A stretch of DNA of 62,990 nt, the filler included, from Choristocarpus tenellus KU-1152 (Eukaryota; Protista; Phaeophyceae), in NCBI GenBank assembly GCA_964200185.2. It is 12 parts of 12 records of this genome, joined end to end, with 100 filler letters (N's around TTAATTAATTAA, not from the genome) between each part and the next. Parts side by side here need not be neighbours in the genome. Positions count along the whole stretch, not along the records: positions 59,611 to 62,990 come from CAXNAD020020424.1; 11 more parts are not named here. One strand, given 5' to 3'. This document shows positions 62,788 to 62,990 of this stretch, piece after piece (within the stretch, counting starts at the first letter, position 1; each line of letters begins with the position of its first letter). A program made the translations under genes and the position numbers. Under the pieces are notes generated by a model. The model was given only the letters and a program-made list of their open reading frames with translations. It was not told where the DNA came from and did no database searches.

Positions 62788-62990
62788 GAGTCAAAGTATC
62801 TTAGAGGGTAGGGCCGGGTCCATTCGGGGGCCGAAATCCAATGTTGCGATTTCCATGTAATCTTATCCTTCGTATTTGTTAGGAAGTGTCAGTATCCTTG
62901 TTCCGGACACACCATTTCATAACATATACATATTACCTACTCCAAAACATTTCGGAGTAGGAAAAATATCACAAAAACCCCATGGGAAGC
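62788..62990 (+). mobile_element. MITE family A inserted into the dispersed repeat, cut by window end
   Basis: gagtcaaagtatcttagagggtaggg begins right after aagacatctac; the copy at 4201-4220 has no MITE at this point. Confidence 0.88.

Overview
Eukaryotic, intron-rich, TE-rich draft-genome DNA, not prokaryotic. The window is 12 separate contigs (1-4220, 4321-7700, 7801-12318, 12419-15859, 15960-19798, 19899-25236, 25337-31668, 31769-50063, 50164-52777, 52878-56069, 56170-59510, 59611-62990). They are joined by artificial 100-nt spacers (44 N + TTAATTAATTAA + 44 N), so adjacency across spacers is not evidence of linkage. Gene style, TTAGGG-type repeats and TE types suggest an ochrophyte/brown-algal host (inference). 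Most ORFs in the six-frame track are spurious. Hand splicing gives: a complete 7-exon ERGIC3/Erv46 gene; a divergently transcribed IQ+WW+ARM-repeat gene; a 2-exon MDR-family NADPH:quinone oxidoreductase; a kinesin fragment; a gene built from a tandemly repeated two-exon bacterial-type SH3 module; a Lys-rich 3' gene end; and a partial multi-exon gene resembling the Agd3 (CBM87+CE18) polysaccharide deacetylase, the most notable find and invisible in the ORF track. Mobile DNA: four MITE families with GAGTCAAA/GGxTCAAA termini and some 4-bp TSDs (Sola2-like), CRE-like RLE non-LTR retroelement remnants with a hairpin 3' tail, a decayed Ty1/copia and a Stowaway-like MITE. I recognised no rRNA, tRNA or CRISPR. 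All family assignments come from motif recognition by eye, not database searches.
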